Source: Lytechinus pictus (Eukaryota). From it: 64,000 bases of DNA. The notes below the pieces were generated by a model. It did not search any database, was not told where the DNA came from, and saw only the letters and a list, made by a program, of their open reading frames with translations. Numbering within the stretch: position 1 is the stretch's first letter; each line of letters opens with the position of its first letter. The position numbers and the translations under genes were made by a program. The stretch lies in NCBI RefSeq assembly GCF_037042905.1, contig NC_087251.1:1612001-1676000 (forward strand), given 5' to 3'. Below, piece after piece: positions 25,640-38,701 of this stretch.

Positions 25640-26142
25640 GTAGGTTCATGGTTTGACTCTCCATCACAAATTGATCAATACTTTGTAATGGGAATTTTGA
25701 ATAGTCAAAATAGGACAGGTGGGGGAGAGGTGAGGGTTTTTTTTAAGAAAGATGATGAATTTCTCTACTATAGGTCATATTTTGAGGTTAAATGTCTAAA
25801 GTTGACCTTGAAATGTTTCCAGCCTTGCCGTTAGGTATTGTCATTCAATATGTGTCCCACTTCAGTACGCAGCATGTTATGAATCATTTTAGAGCTGAGA
25901 TTCTGTTCTTTTAAACTATTGGCTCACCAGAGGTGGAGCAATTTATTTTTGTTGCCTTAGAAGCGCCGATTTCAAACATTGTCAGAGCCTTATCTCCCTT
26001 TGGTAAACCATTTATTCCTATGAATAATTTAGGAATCAGTCCCCTCGTGTCTATAAAGATTTCTCTGAACCCGGGTCAAAACAAAGCTGTCTTTATTCTT
26101 AAAAAGATGAATCACTTACCTGTACCTTCTGCTCTATTACAG

Positions 26143-26335
26143 GGTTTTATGTTCCCCCCTCTGATGGGCGTGGCTGTCTGTCGTGTGACTGTGAACCATT
26201 GAGTACAGAGCCTAATTCATTCTGTAATTCATTGACCGGTCAATGTCAGTGTCGACAAGGAAACCCAGGTGTAACAGGGAGAAGATGTGATAGCTGTCTG
26301 GAAGAGTACTTCAACTTTAACCCTAATACAGGAAT
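26143..26335 (+). CDS. USH2A: Exon 14: laminin-EGF
   Basis: tacag| FYVPPSDGRGCLSCDC... AT|gtaag. Confidence 0.92.
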
Positions 26336-26831
26336 GTAAGTTACATCTCTTCATTCACTGCAATGTTTAACTTTACTTATTATTGTTGTTTTCATATTTT
26401 AAAAATTTCTTTTCACCAGGAGTTTATTATAGCTTTGCAGTCTCCAGTTCAGATAATCTTTAGAATGTCATTATTGTTATTACATGTATTGTAACAAAAT
26501 GTGTTCTAGATGCGAAGTATACACATTGTGCAATGGTGATTATGGCAAGAAGCTGTGATATGTTGTCGACCATTTGATCTTCTGACTCTCTCCCCTCTTA
26601 TTCAAATTCCTGTCTACTACAAATTTATAAAAAATAATAAATCTACCTTTTTTTGGTAAAACCGAATGCATGAAATACATCCATTATTGTATTTGAGCAT
26701 AAACATTTTATGAAATAAATGGCAATAGTACCATGATCTCCCTACTTGAGACTTACTAATAAGCCAAAATTGATCACATACATTTATTACTAGACTGGAT
26801 GCATTCTCATCCATTTTGTTTGATCTTATAG

Positions 26832-26995
26832 GTGTTCACCATGTGACTGTGACCCTAGAGGTAGTGTGAACACAACATGTGATTCTAACACTGGTCAGTG
26901 TGAATGCAAGGATCTTGTGACTGGTAGACGGTGTGATACATGTCAGACATCATCAAGTAATCTACAGGCTTCTAATCCTCAAGGATGCTCAAAGA
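26832..26995 (+). CDS. USH2A: Exon 15: last laminin-EGF
   Basis: tatag| CSPCDCDPRG...NPQGCSK A|gtaag. Confidence 0.92.
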
Positions 26996-27492
26996 GTAAG
27001 GATAAGCTACAGGCAAATCAGATTGTAACCCAATGATGATAGTAGTCAAACAAAAGGCAAACATTTCTAATATGGGTTTAAACTTGATTGTAAATGCCAA
27101 TTATTTGTAGTAGGACATTTCTCTGTTCAAAAGAAAAATCATTATCTTTTTAAAAAATGAGCATATTTTGCCTACTTTGTGATATTTCTGCATACTTTAT
27201 GATATTTCATTTTGTTATTTGTCCTAATGTATCATGTTTTTACACATTTTGCTGATACATGTATTTCTTTGCATGTATGTGATAAATCTCATCTGGTGCC
27301 CATTGACTTCACCTGACCTGAGTGCATTACTCAATTTTGACAGCATGAACCTTGATAACATACACTATTTCATCAAACTCTCTTTAAAACTTTGTACATT
27401 GTACTAAAAATATAATGGTGATATAATGAAAGTCTAGTTATATTGTAATCGGTTTAATTGATCTATTTGTGTGTTTATTGTTGATCATCCAG

Positions 27493-27651
27493 CTCCCGCC
27501 CAGCAGCCTCCTCCAGTGTGGCAAGCAGTGAATCCATTCTCTATCTTACTAACCTGGGGTCCTCCTGATGAACCCAATGGTAACATCCTAACCTACTTGG
27601 TCTTCAGGAATAACACTCTCGTCTATAATGGATCAGCTGCCAATCCTCTAG
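27493..27651 (+). CDS. USH2A: Exon 16: FN3
   Basis: tccag| PAQQPPPVW...ANPL G|gtaag. Confidence 0.92.
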
Positions 27652-28007
27652 GTAAGGAATCTCTTTATTACATTAATCTACTACATGTATATCAACACTG
27701 CCTAGAAGGTGATTTAAAGTGATCTTTATTAGCAGGTGGTCATTATGAACAGGTACCTGTACCATAGGAACTGCTTTTCAGCCAATCACAATAAATTAAA
27801 GTTGACAGATCTGACAAGTTTTTGGACAACAAATTTTGATGAATAGCCCTCTTTACTTTACTTTACCCATATCCACCAAGGTAATGCATGCTCACTGGAA
27901 ATTTTTTCATTATATCCACATTATCAGCATTGAGCTCCTAATTTACCTGAAGTGGTTTATAAGCCGGGGATGTTTTACAAAAGTTTAAGTTTGACTAAAA
28001 ATCACAC

Positions 28008-30733
28008 TTAAGGACGTTCCACAGTTAAAATGAAGTCCATGTCATTTTCACCAAATTTTGCACAGAGTTACTTTGGTATCTATGCATTATGAAAATGCAA
28101 AAACTAATATAGGTTCATGTGCTTATTTTTTTTCTACGGGACTTCAAAGTTGCGGTATTTGAATGATATGAAATGTTGCGCAATCATGAGAATTATGCCT
28201 CTCTTAGACCTCACGAATTCACCAAATGAGTTTAAATCATCTTTACCCAGTGGATACCGCATCAAACTTCATCAAATTTTCAAGATATATAACAAAGTGT
28301 ATTACAAAGTAAGAAAAAGTCTTTTAATTGGTAAAACTATATCTATTTGGAGTCAGCAGCGCCCTCATTTGGCAAGAATGGTGCAAAAGCTAGGAAAAAA
28401 CAAATCTTCAAAGACGTGAATCTACTCAAAAATAAAAAAAAAGTATTTTATAAGCTGCACTTTTTCAAAATCCATGTCATTTTTATCAACTTCGGCTAAA
28501 CTGTAGAGGAATGTATATGGAAGATGTAGGGAAATTAAAAATATGGGGTCCATGTGCTCGTTCTTTAACTATGAGTGTCAAAAGTGTTGCGACTTTGCAT
28601 GAAAATTGCCTAAAATGCGCCGAAAACATGCAAAAGTCTCATAATACCGTCTGAAATGAAAAGGGTTCCCGTATTTCGCTCCCAAACATTCAAAATCCAT
28701 GTCGTTTTCATTATACTCTCTAAATTTATAGAGGAATATATTCTAAAGCTGTTAAAATATTAAAAATATGGGGTCCATGTGCTCATTTTTCCAAAGTATT
28801 GCGAGTTGGCTTGAAAATATTGAAATCCACCTAAAGTGCGCCGAAAACTTGCAAAAGTCTAATAATACCGTCTAAAATGCGAATGGTTCCGTAGTTTTGC
28901 TCCCAAACATTCAAAATCCATGTCATTTTCATCATAATTTCTAAATTTGTAGAGGAATATATTCTAAAGCCGTTAAAATATTAGAAATATGACGTCCATG
29001 TGCTCGTTTTTAAGTTACCAGTGTCCAAAATATTCCGAGTTGGCTTGGAAATCGCCTAAAATGCGCCGAAAACATGCAAAAGTCTCTTAATACCCTTAAC
29101 AATGCAAATGGTTCTATATTTCGTTCCCAAACATTCAAAATCCATGTCATTTTCATCATACTCTCTAGATTTATAGAGGAATATTTTCTGAAGGCGTTAA
29201 AATATTAAAAATATGGGGTTCATTTGCTCGTTTTTAAACTATCAGTGTCCAAAGTATTGCGAGTTGGCTTGAAAATATTGAAATCCTCCTTAAGTGCAAC
29301 GAAAACGTGCAAAAGTCAAATAATACCGTCTAAAATGCGAATGGTTCCGTAGTTTTGCTCCCAAACATTCAAAATCCATGTCATTTTCATCATACTCTCT
29401 AGATTTGTAGAGAAATGTATTCTAAAGACGTCAAAACATTAAAAATATGGGGTCCATGTGCTCGTTTTTAACTATCACTGTCTAAACTGTTGCGAGTTGG
29501 TTTGAAACGGCCAAAAATGCGCCCGCGAAAACAAGCAAAAGTCTGAAAATACCGTCCAAAATGTCTAAAATACGAATGGTTCCTGAGTCCTGCTCCCAAA
29601 CATTCAAAATCCATGTCATTTTCATCATACTCTCTAGATTTGTAGAGGAATATATTCTAAAGAAGTTCAGACATTTAAACTATGGGGTCCATGTGCTCGT
29701 TTTCAAATTATCAGTGTCCAAAGTATTGCAAGTTGGCTTGAAACAGCCAAAAATGCGCCGAAAAACAAGCAAAAGTCTGTTAATACCGCCTAAAATGCGA
29801 ATGGTTCCGTAGTCTTGCTCCCAAACATTGAAAATCCATGTCATTTTCGTCATACTTTGCACATAGATATCATAGCACCTGAATATTTCAAATATGCAAA
29901 AATCAACATGGGTTCATGTGCTTAATATTTTGCTATAGAGCTTCAAAGTTAACCGAAATGGATGTTCTTAAGAATTGCGCATTCAAAAGAATTTGGCATT
30001 TTTAGACCTCACGAGATCACAACAATGAGTTTAATGCTTTATTACTCAGTCAAAATCCATAAAAATTTCATCAAATTTTGCAACATGATTAAAATTGTAT
30101 CCTTAAGATGGATAATCTATTTATATTGCTTTCAATATTGTTTGCTCATGTAAGTCTAACAGTACTCTCAGTTCTTAGAAATTGTGGGAAAGATATCAAA
30201 AATGTGAAATTTCAATAACAAACTTGAGCAGTAAAAGAAATGCTGCACTTTATTCAAAACCCATGTCATTTTCACCAAACTTTGCAAAGTTGTAGAGGAA
30301 GGTATACCTAAGAGGTGCAAACATTAAAAGATATGGGTTCATGTGCTTGTTTTCAAACTATCAGCACTCTTATTAGAGCAAATGTGCTTCTTAAAACACT
30401 CCCAAAATGCGCTAAAACTTTGTATCCATGTGAGGAAAAATTCCGAACCACTCTACCATTTATTCAAATATTTCATCATACTTTGCAGCACTACAGAGAA
30501 AAGTATTTTGACATTTTAGAGGAATAAAAAAAAATGGTCAATGAAATAACTCCAGTTTATTAGCTTCATAAAATAACACATCGGATCTGCAGTTAGTGCA
30601 GATAAGGAGAAAATTCAGCTCACAATACCTAATGCTGATTAATCACCAGTTCATCCATTGTGACGTCAGCGCGCAGAGTGTAAAATATGCGCAGATCATG
30701 ATGCGCACAAACATAACTGTGGAACGTCCTTAA
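28008..30733. mobile_element. 2.7-kb Kolobok-type non-autonomous element with internal ~225-235-bp tandem subunits
   Basis: TTAA-GGACGTTCCACAGTTA ... TAACTGTGGAACGTCC-TTAA (perfect 16-bp TIR); TCCATGTCATTTTC motif recurs about 9 times. Confidence 0.9.
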
Positions 30734-31003
30734 ATTCCCAGTTGTGTATGATATATGATGCATCACTGCAGATTATGCACAGTAGATATGTGATACTGTT
30801 TGCACCTAAACATGACTTAAGTGAATATTTGTTAAACACCCCTTTGTTATGAATGGTCACTGTATTCTTCTTATAGTTATGCACCATAGTAATCAGTACA
30901 TTGAAGGAATTAGATCCTACAACTTACCTCATCACTTTACCATGGTAAAATACTTTTTGAGTATAGATTAATGTTTGTCTCTTCATTCTCTTTCTTTCAT
31001 CAG

Positions 31004-31204
31004 GTATCCAGCAGTTTGAGGATCAGAACGTTTCTCCCTTCACATTCTACAGCTACTATGTCCAGTCAGTAAATGAAGCTGGTCGGGCTACTAGCCCCAC
31101 GGTCATCGCCCAGACACCTGATGCTATTCCTGCTGGTTTTGATGTCTTGGTCATCACCAACATCCAGGCACGGTCAGCAGACTTCTCTTGGTCTCAACCC
31201 GCAG
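31004..31204 (+). CDS. USH2A: Exon 17: FN3
   Basis: atcag| IQQFEDQNVSPFTFYSYY...WSQPA G|gtcag. Confidence 0.9.
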
Positions 31205-31458
31205 GTCAGTGTTTAGTATCATCATTATTGATGCTGTTAAATTCATTTATTGATGATTTAAACTGATGATATGTGATAGAATCTCTTAAAAAAGAGTCGC
31301 AATCCCAAGCCAAATTCCTGTACTAAATTACAGATAATTGAAACACTACGCTATTCAGTTTAAATCTCCTGGATTCACACATTTAGACTGCCAAACATAC
31401 AAGATAGAAAGTAATGGATCAGGAAAATACCTTTATTATCTTTCTCCATTTCTCAACC

Positions 31459-31510
31459 TCTCTCTCTCTCTCTCTCTCCCTTTCTAACTCTCTATCTGTC
31501 TCTTTCTCTC
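31459..31510. repeat. (TC)n microsatellite
   Basis: tctctctctc run with degenerate extension. Confidence 0.85.
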
Positions 31511-31723
31511 AGGTTCTTCTCTTTTTCTCTCAATGTGGTTTTATTAAAAAAAAAGCCCTTGAATGCTATTGATACCTTACCACAGCTGAATGAAAACACG
31601 AGTAAAACATCTTTTTTTATGTTCTTTCATTATGCATTGTTAGTTTGTATGGTATTAGAAGAAAATCTGTGTTATTATACAGGTATTCCTGATTCATAAT
31701 ATCTACCATTGTAATCCATACAG

Positions 31724-32017
31724 ATATATCAGCTACTGTGACCCAGTACATCTTGACCTCAGTGACCCCTAGCAAGCCAGACCCTCCAACACAACACTTC
31801 AGTGGTCTAGCAACCAGCTACCAGGCTATAGACCTCATTCCATTCACCAACTACACCTTCTATCTGACTGTGTGTACCCCTGGATCCTGTGGACAGGGGC
31901 GACCCACCCTAGCTTACACCCCTATGGCACCCCCTCAAGGAGTCATGGATCCTAATGCTACTGCTCTAAGCCGGAGTTCTGTCTTTGTGAGCTGGGACCA
32001 TCCTACAGAAGCTAATG
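31724..32017 (+). CDS. USH2A: Exon 18: FN3
   Basis: tacag| ISATVTQYIL...PTEAN G|gtaag. Confidence 0.9.
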
Positions 32018-32278
32018 GTAAGCGTTAAAACTGTGCGTTCAACGTGATAACTTGGCCCGTTCTGATTAATAGTTGTGATTGATCCACATAATCTCAACAA
32101 CAAAAAGACAGCGGCTCCAAAAGCTAGAGTGCATAAACATGTACGTCGATTCAAATTATTTTCTTTTTACATGCATCTTTGTCAAATCAGTGAGCTGCTT
32201 CTCATTTCCAAATGATATCTACATTTCCTAGAGGAAGAGTGATTGACTTTGATGGTTTTCAGAACTTGAGCTTGATCT

Positions 32279-32437
32279 GAGCCCCGTTTCATAAAGAACT
32301 TACAACTGTTGTAACTTTGCCATTATGGTAACTACCATGGAAACCTTGGTTCTGATTGGCTGCTGATGCCTGTTACCATGGTAGTCGCCATAATGGCAAA
32401 GTTACAACAGTTGCAAGTCAATTATGAAATGGGCCCC
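32279..32437. mobile_element. Small palindromic MITE (about 160 bp)
   Basis: About 60-bp inverted arms: cccgtttcataa..caactgttgtaactttgccattatgg / ccataatggcaaagttacaacagttg..ttatgaaatggg. Confidence 0.8.
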
Positions 32438-32592
32438 TGATCAGTCTTTTGTAAGACAGGGCTCTGTTCTATCCTAGGAAATAAGGCTCTGCCATTTTCT
32501 TTGAATAAGTATATTTGTAATGGCAAAGTGATATATTTACTTCGAATTCCACAAGTTCATGAACTGGTCCATTTTGTATTCACACTTACCAG

Positions 32593-32862
32593 GAATCATC
32601 ACTCACTATGAGCTGTTCTTCCGAGGCTATCCTGGACCAGATGGTATCATAGACCCATCAGAGACTAGGATCTTCTACCCTGCAGGATGGTACAACCCAA
32701 GACCGATCCTGACACCCCTAGAGGATCCTGCAGAGCCACCTGTTACTAACTTCACCCATACTGGTCTTGATGCATTCACTCGTTACCAGTACAGGGTGAC
32801 TGCTAGGAATCTAGCAGGAACAGGACATAGTGGTTGGACAACCGTTAGGACTGCTGAAGCTG
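32593..32862 (+). CDS. USH2A: Exon 19: FN3
   Basis: accag| IITHYELF...RTAEA G|gtaag. Confidence 0.92.
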
Positions 32863-33004
32863 GTAAGCTTGATTGTCCATTACCCAGGAGAATACTATTA
32901 TGCCTATTCGGAAGACAAGTAACTGTTGTATTTTTGCCTATTAACTAATTTGCGAAGTAAACAATAATTTTGCCAAATACTAGTAGGCACAGAAGTTGCG
33001 TCAA

Positions 33005-33230
33005 CAATGATAATGATAATAATAATAATCTGGTTATTTATTAGGCACTTAAGACATAAGTTGTAAGTATGTAAGCACTTAACAGATTTAATATTACCAT
33101 GGTCATCAGATTCAATCAATTATTTCTGCAAAAAGGTGTACACATCCTCCACTCCCTGGGGAGTAATCCAGCCCATTGCCAATGAGGTGCACACAATACC
33201 AAACTAGCTACAATGACTCTCGCATCTTAC
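33005..33230 (-). mobile_element. Probable decayed SINE 3' half
   Basis: (TAA)n tail followed by AAGCACTT-type tail and ATTACC motif resembling the 50142 SINE tail. Confidence 0.4.
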
Positions 33231-33409
33231 TAAAGCAAAGCAACTATTACACTTGTCCGAGTACGACACTCAAAAGATCAGAAGTTAGAAATACAAAAAA
33301 AGAAGTAGCAAAGAGGGAATGAAATACCAAATGCTTATTAGGGAGAAGAATATACATGTAGCAGTCATTACAAGCTAATCGTGTATGTTACTTTAATTTT
33401 GTTTTTCAG

Positions 33410-33576
33410 CCCCTCTATCCACACCAGCCCCATCTGTTCTTGGTGTATCTAGCTCAGAACTCAACATCAGCTGGTCTCAGCCTCAGGATAATGAGATTAG
33501 AGGTGTAGTCATCAGCTATAAGCTCTATCGTTACATTACATCAGATGATCCATTCGCTCCTCCAGAAATACAAGAG
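33410..33576 (+). CDS. USH2A: Exon 20: FN3
   Basis: ttcag| PLSTPAPSVLG...EIQE |gtaat. Confidence 0.9.
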
Positions 33577-33889
33577 GTAATCCTGTTCATGCTAGGGTTG
33601 GTTTCAGTCTGTTTTTCTTACTATTTTTATTAAATTAATTATGTATTTTTAGTTCTCCAATCTCTTATCAGTCTACATTGCATTGAAACTCCATATGACA
33701 TGACTTGTACTTATATATAATTGAATATTTTCTTGGATGATTCACAATTTCTTTTAGTTGATTCATTGACATATTTTTCCATTAGCCAGCTAAGTTACCA
33801 CTAGACAAGGAAAGTCCTCAACCTTATTGTGGTACAGTGTAATCTATTCACAAATAATAATCTTTTGTTTCCATGATATTTACCTACAG

Positions 33890-34034
33890 TTGGTATATTC
33901 TGGTGATGGCAATGGTAGGTTCTTTCTATTAGGAGGTCTTCAGCCCTACTCTATCCATTCATTCTCTGTGGAAGCCTGTAATAGCATTGGTTGTATCCTC
34001 AGTCCAAGGGCCAATGGGAGGACACTTCCAACTG
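33890..34034 (+). CDS. USH2A: Exon 21: FN3
   Basis: tacag| LVYSGDG...ACNSIGC...TLPT G|gtaag. Confidence 0.92.
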
Positions 34035-34375
34035 GTAAGTGTGCTGTAACACAAAACCTGTCAATTGATTGTAATGTATATTTACATGATTGATTGCATT
34101 GATAGTGATGGTTAATCATTTTTTAAATCAATCATATAATCAATCTGTAAGCTTTGAGTTACTCTTATAGGGTTTGAGCTTTGAAGGTTTGCATGGAGTT
34201 AAGACTGGATGGTGAGATTTGCGGTTTTATAGGGTTATTGAGAATGATATTAATATTGTGATTATAGTTGATGTTATGTTTTGTGTAAAGCTTTCATGAT
34301 TGGCTTATTGTGCAATTTTTCATTGTAACAACTCTCTGTCTTTGAACCTGTTCTTCATATAAGGAAATTAGATTG

Positions 34376-34480
34376 AATTCAATGCTAATAATATTTTGTA
34401 TAATTCAATGCCAATAATATTTTGTATAATTCAATGCTAATAATATTTTGTATAATTCAATGCTAATAATATTTTGTATA
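34376..34480. repeat. 26-bp minisatellite x4
   Basis: AATTCAATGCTAATAATATTTTGTAT x4, one substitution. Confidence 0.95.
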
Positions 34481-34518
34481 AAAGAAAGCAATTTTATTTC
34501 ATTGCTTTACTTTTACAG

Positions 34519-34746
34519 CTCCAGAAGGACAAGGACCTCCTTTGGTTGATGGTTTAAATTCCACTGTCATGCAAATCATATGGAACCCCCCTGTCATGCA
34601 AAATGGACCTGACCCATCTTATCAGGTTCAGCGTGTTGTAGCATCACTGAGCAGGACTCCTCCACGTGTGGAGAGGGGTGCTAGGTTCACTGGTGGAGGA
34701 TACTATCTCTTCTCAGGGAACATTCTTCCATTTTCATCATTTACTG
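34519..34746 (+). CDS. USH2A: Exon 22: FN3-like segment into LamG-1
   Basis: tacag| PEGQGPPLVDGLNST...GARFTGGGY...FT G|gtaat. Confidence 0.92.
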
Positions 34747-35076
34747 GTAATGACCACTTACTATTCTTTCTTAATTCGTAATATTCAAACAGTAAGTCAG
34801 AGTGAGAAACTTTCTCCTGAAGATATATTGATGCTTCATTTATGACAATCAAGGGAAATTGAAGTCTTTAAACAAAAGACACAAAGTTTGTTATTCAACA
34901 AATTGTGATTTCTTTTCTGGAATCGGTGTTGATGATTGATGAAACATACATTCTAACATATAGCACTGTGGGCAAAATTTTTCATTCAAATTTTGTTTAT
35001 GAAGGATATTATGTTGGACGCTAAATTTGAGTGACATGGACTTATTATCTGGTGTATACTGTATTGTTTCTTTCAG

Positions 35077-35352
35077 GTATTGAGTTTGAGTTCCGGGTGA
35101 CCCGCCCCAGTGATGCCCTATCCCCTGTCTCAGCCCTCCTGATGTTTGCTGCCTCCAATGGTGAACAGGAAGAGTTGATCATAGTCCAGTTGAGAGAGGG
35201 GCGACCATGGTTCATCTTTGACCCTCAAGGGGGTATAGCAGGTGCCACGCCCATGGATGAGGGAAGGACATATGATGATGGTCTGTGGCATAAAGTCAGT
35301 ATCTCTCGGGCCGGGAGTGTTGGAAGTATCACTGTGGATGATACATACACAG
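35077..35352 (+). CDS. USH2A: Exon 23: LamG-1
   Basis: ttcag| IEFEFR...FIFDPQG...DGLWHKV... G|gtaag. Confidence 0.93.
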
Positions 35353-36217
35353 GTAAGAATATGATATCATTAATGCTCTTCGTAGTTTGTTTGATTGTTT
35401 ATGCCATAATGTGTTAATTGACCACAGCGTTATGGAACCCTCGTTCTGTTGCTGTGTACCCGTGATGATGATGATGAATTGCTTTAAGCTTTAATTTGTA
35501 GATTGTTAGACTTCAGATGTGTGCAATTGTACACCTGGTATTTTATAATAACATCCAAGTGTCCGCTCTATCATAAGTCATCGGATTACATTACTGTCCA
35601 CTTTTATTCTGTAAATTTTCTGAAAGTAGATATTTTCAGATTGTATGTTACTTGCTGAAGTTCTTCAATAATGATAGCCTCATTTGATATAATGAAAGGT
35701 TTACAGTAGTCAATGCCCTCTTACGAAGTAAACAACTGTTGAAATATGGAACAAAAGAGAGCTTAGTCTGATAGCATGCTTTGTAGTACCAAATCAAACA
35801 GGATGTTCAATTGTTAAGAGCCCTTGTAATGAAGGGATTATTAGATTAGGCTAAATGTGGTACAGATTATTCTGCACTTTCCTGTCATAAGAATCTTCAT
35901 GATACTATGTGTTTTTATTCATGGGCATTGGATGGGGATACATGTATTACAATAGCTCTCATACTCCTTGTGAAAGAGGTTGAAAGGGCTATAATGACAC
36001 ATTTTTAAAGTAAATATGGTCTAGCAGAATAAATGATAAATTTTGATTGACTGCTGCCAAACAGAAAACTACCGACTAATTCCACCTAAATGATCATGGT
36101 TGCTCTGTTATGGATCAGGTAACCTACTAGTGTTTCTTGGCCTTTGGTATCAAATATTTAAATTCATCAACAAATGAACTGACTAGTAATCCTTGAACAT
36201 TTTATTCTCTGATGCAG

Positions 36218-36508
36218 GTACTGTCACAGCCCCTACAGCATCGACTATCATAGGAGAAACTACAGGCCTCTATGTGGGCGGTCTCCCTGTGAACTTTGAC
36301 CTCAGAAGATCAGAAACAGAAAATCTAGCTGTTATAAGGACCAACCTGATTGGGTGTTTGAGGAATATCCGAATTGAGACTGCACACGTACCCACCCCTG
36401 TTTGGAGAGATTTGGACTATTCCAGTGCTTTAGAGAGAGTACAGGTTCCAGGGGGTTGGCAGGGTTGTCCGACAGAGCTGGAGAGGGGTGTTCACTTTCT
36501 TGGCAAAG
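36218..36508 (+). CDS. USH2A: Exon 24: end of LamG-1
   Basis: tgcag| TVTAP...LYVGGLP...WQGCP...FLGK G|gtaaa. Confidence 0.93.
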
Positions 36509-37177
36509 GTAAAATAGATACCTATCATTAGACAATATCCATCCGTTTATCATAGTACTCTTTAATATTGAGTTTGCCAATTCAGTTTCTTAAACTCTTT
36601 GTTTTTACCTTGCTATAAATGTAGCTGTTCCTAAAAAATGCTGTAGTGAACAGGTTAGTGAACCAAAATTAAGCTTCTGAATTTCAAATCTGGTTTTTAT
36701 TTCAAAACTGTTCTAAAGTTTGAACTCCAGTTGGAGCAGATACCCTCTAGGAAACATTAAATGTTTAAGTAAAAATAATCTTGATTTCTATAAAGTTGGT
36801 AGCAATAATTTTACAGTCACAAAGACCACAGAAATAAGAAAAGGCCTGTTATGAAAACTAAAGAACTGAATAAATTTAACACTTATTTGCTTGATTTATG
36901 CAAAGTCATAACATTTGATGAAAAATATGTGTCACAGTTAAAGGATAATAAACATAATTTAGAGGGAGGATAACCTCTCACGATATATCTGAAATATTAT
37001 AGCCCTTTATCAAATCAAGGTGTCTGTTCTCCTCTCCTTTCCCATTTACTCTATATTATTCCTTTGATAATAATATTTTACAATCTTTCCCCATCATCTG
37101 ACTTGCATTCACATTTTTTCCCCTTTGCTCTGTTTTCATCAGTTTTCTGTCTCATTCCACACCTTTTTGCTTTACAG

Positions 37178-37332
37178 GATACCTTACATTGCCTGAAGGT
37201 ATTTTGAATGGAGGAAACAGCTTCACTCTAAGCCTTGATATAAGAACTCATTATCAGACTGGTCTAGTGTTGTTTGGATATCATCAGACTGGTAGCTACT
37301 TAATCATCCAAATTGTTGGTGGTAATTTGCAG
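37178..37332 (+). CDS. USH2A: Exon 25: LamG-2
   Basis: tacag| YLTLPEGILNGG...GGNLQ |gttag. Confidence 0.9.
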
Positions 37333-37978
37333 GTTAGTGAAAATAAATATATGAGCAGGACCATGTGACAATATATATTCAGTCAGCATTTATCATTGAA
37401 TTTAAATTGTTATTAAAAATGTTATAATTGAATGTATCTTTCTGTTCCTGAGTCTCACATTCACAATTTGTTCTTAGATCAACAGTAAACTGTGGTTTAT
37501 GTATAAAGAGTTGTATGTTACTACTTTGTCTTTTTGCATCTTTGTTTAACTGTCAAGAAAAATTATTGTTCGATTCTTCAATCGGTGTTTTCGATTAGCA
37601 AAACTACTGATAAATCAAACAACTGGATATGTAACAAAAGGAGTAACTGTTTGCATGCTTAAGCATAACTCTATTTTAATGTCAACCTATGTATAAATAA
37701 TTACTATCAAGAGTGAATATGATTTGAAACATATTTTGGCAAGTCATCAAAGTGTAGTTCCTTTAATTTTAATGTTGAACTTGTAATGCGAGTGTCATTT
37801 CTTAAATCTGCCCAGGGAGGGGATCTTTTGTAGTGTTATTGGTAAATGAAAGTGATTTAAGTACATTAGAAAGATATTAGAAGCAGATTAAGATGCAGAT
37901 TACAAAATTTGTACCATAATGAAAACAAAATGAATAGATAAATTAAAAGATAATGTTCCCTTGATTTGTTATTTATAG

Positions 37979-38234
37979 ATCAAAGTGTCTGTTGGTTCCG
38001 GTTTACCTGTTGTTCTTTCCATACCAAACACTGCCCTCTGTGATGGTTTATGGAAGAGTGTCATGATTACCAAGGTTGGTAACCAACTGTCAGCATCTAT
38101 CAATGGTGGAGTGTCTTCTGGTATCCAGCTTCCATCCTCATCTCTCATCCTTTTCTCTTCACTTCACCTTGGTGGTGTTAGAGATGAATCAGAAGCAGGA
38201 AGATTCCTTGATGGTATCAGTGTAAATGCACAAG
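37979..38234 (+). CDS. USH2A: Exon 26: LamG-2
   Basis: tatag| IKVSVG...LCDGLW...NAQ G|gtaga. Confidence 0.9.
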
Positions 38235-38701
38235 GTAGAACAAACTTACCAATTGTTGTTGAATTAAGAAATTTGTTTTTAGAAACATGAAATAAGTGTA
38301 ATGATCTAGAAATAGATGTTTTTTTTAAACCTAAACTTCATGTATTCCATTCTTATTTTTGCATTGGGTCTTGTTTTATTTTTCTTATTGTGAAATTTGA
38401 CACAACTTAGCCTGTAAAAGATCAATGATCTCATTAGAATGATAAAAGTGTTAAAACTTTAATATAATTATTTAATTCTCTAAGTCTTTTATAGGGACCA
38501 TCTGGTTCCAGTGAGAAACATGTTGAGTCTCTAGTGATGTTTTATTGAAGGATAAGGTTCTTTGGATGATATTCTTATTATTCTATGTATGAAAAAAAAG
38601 TCATGCCTGTATAGCATTCATCACTTACTTCCTGAGAAGTCTCTAAGAGCTCTAAAATAATGCATCATAATTACCTTGCCTTTATCAGAGCAGCTGCTAT
38701 G

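Noticed and set aside
28117..30527. Short ORFs inside the 2.7-kb element as a transposase
   Set aside because: No more than 100 aa, no DDE or THAP motifs, derived from tandem subunits.
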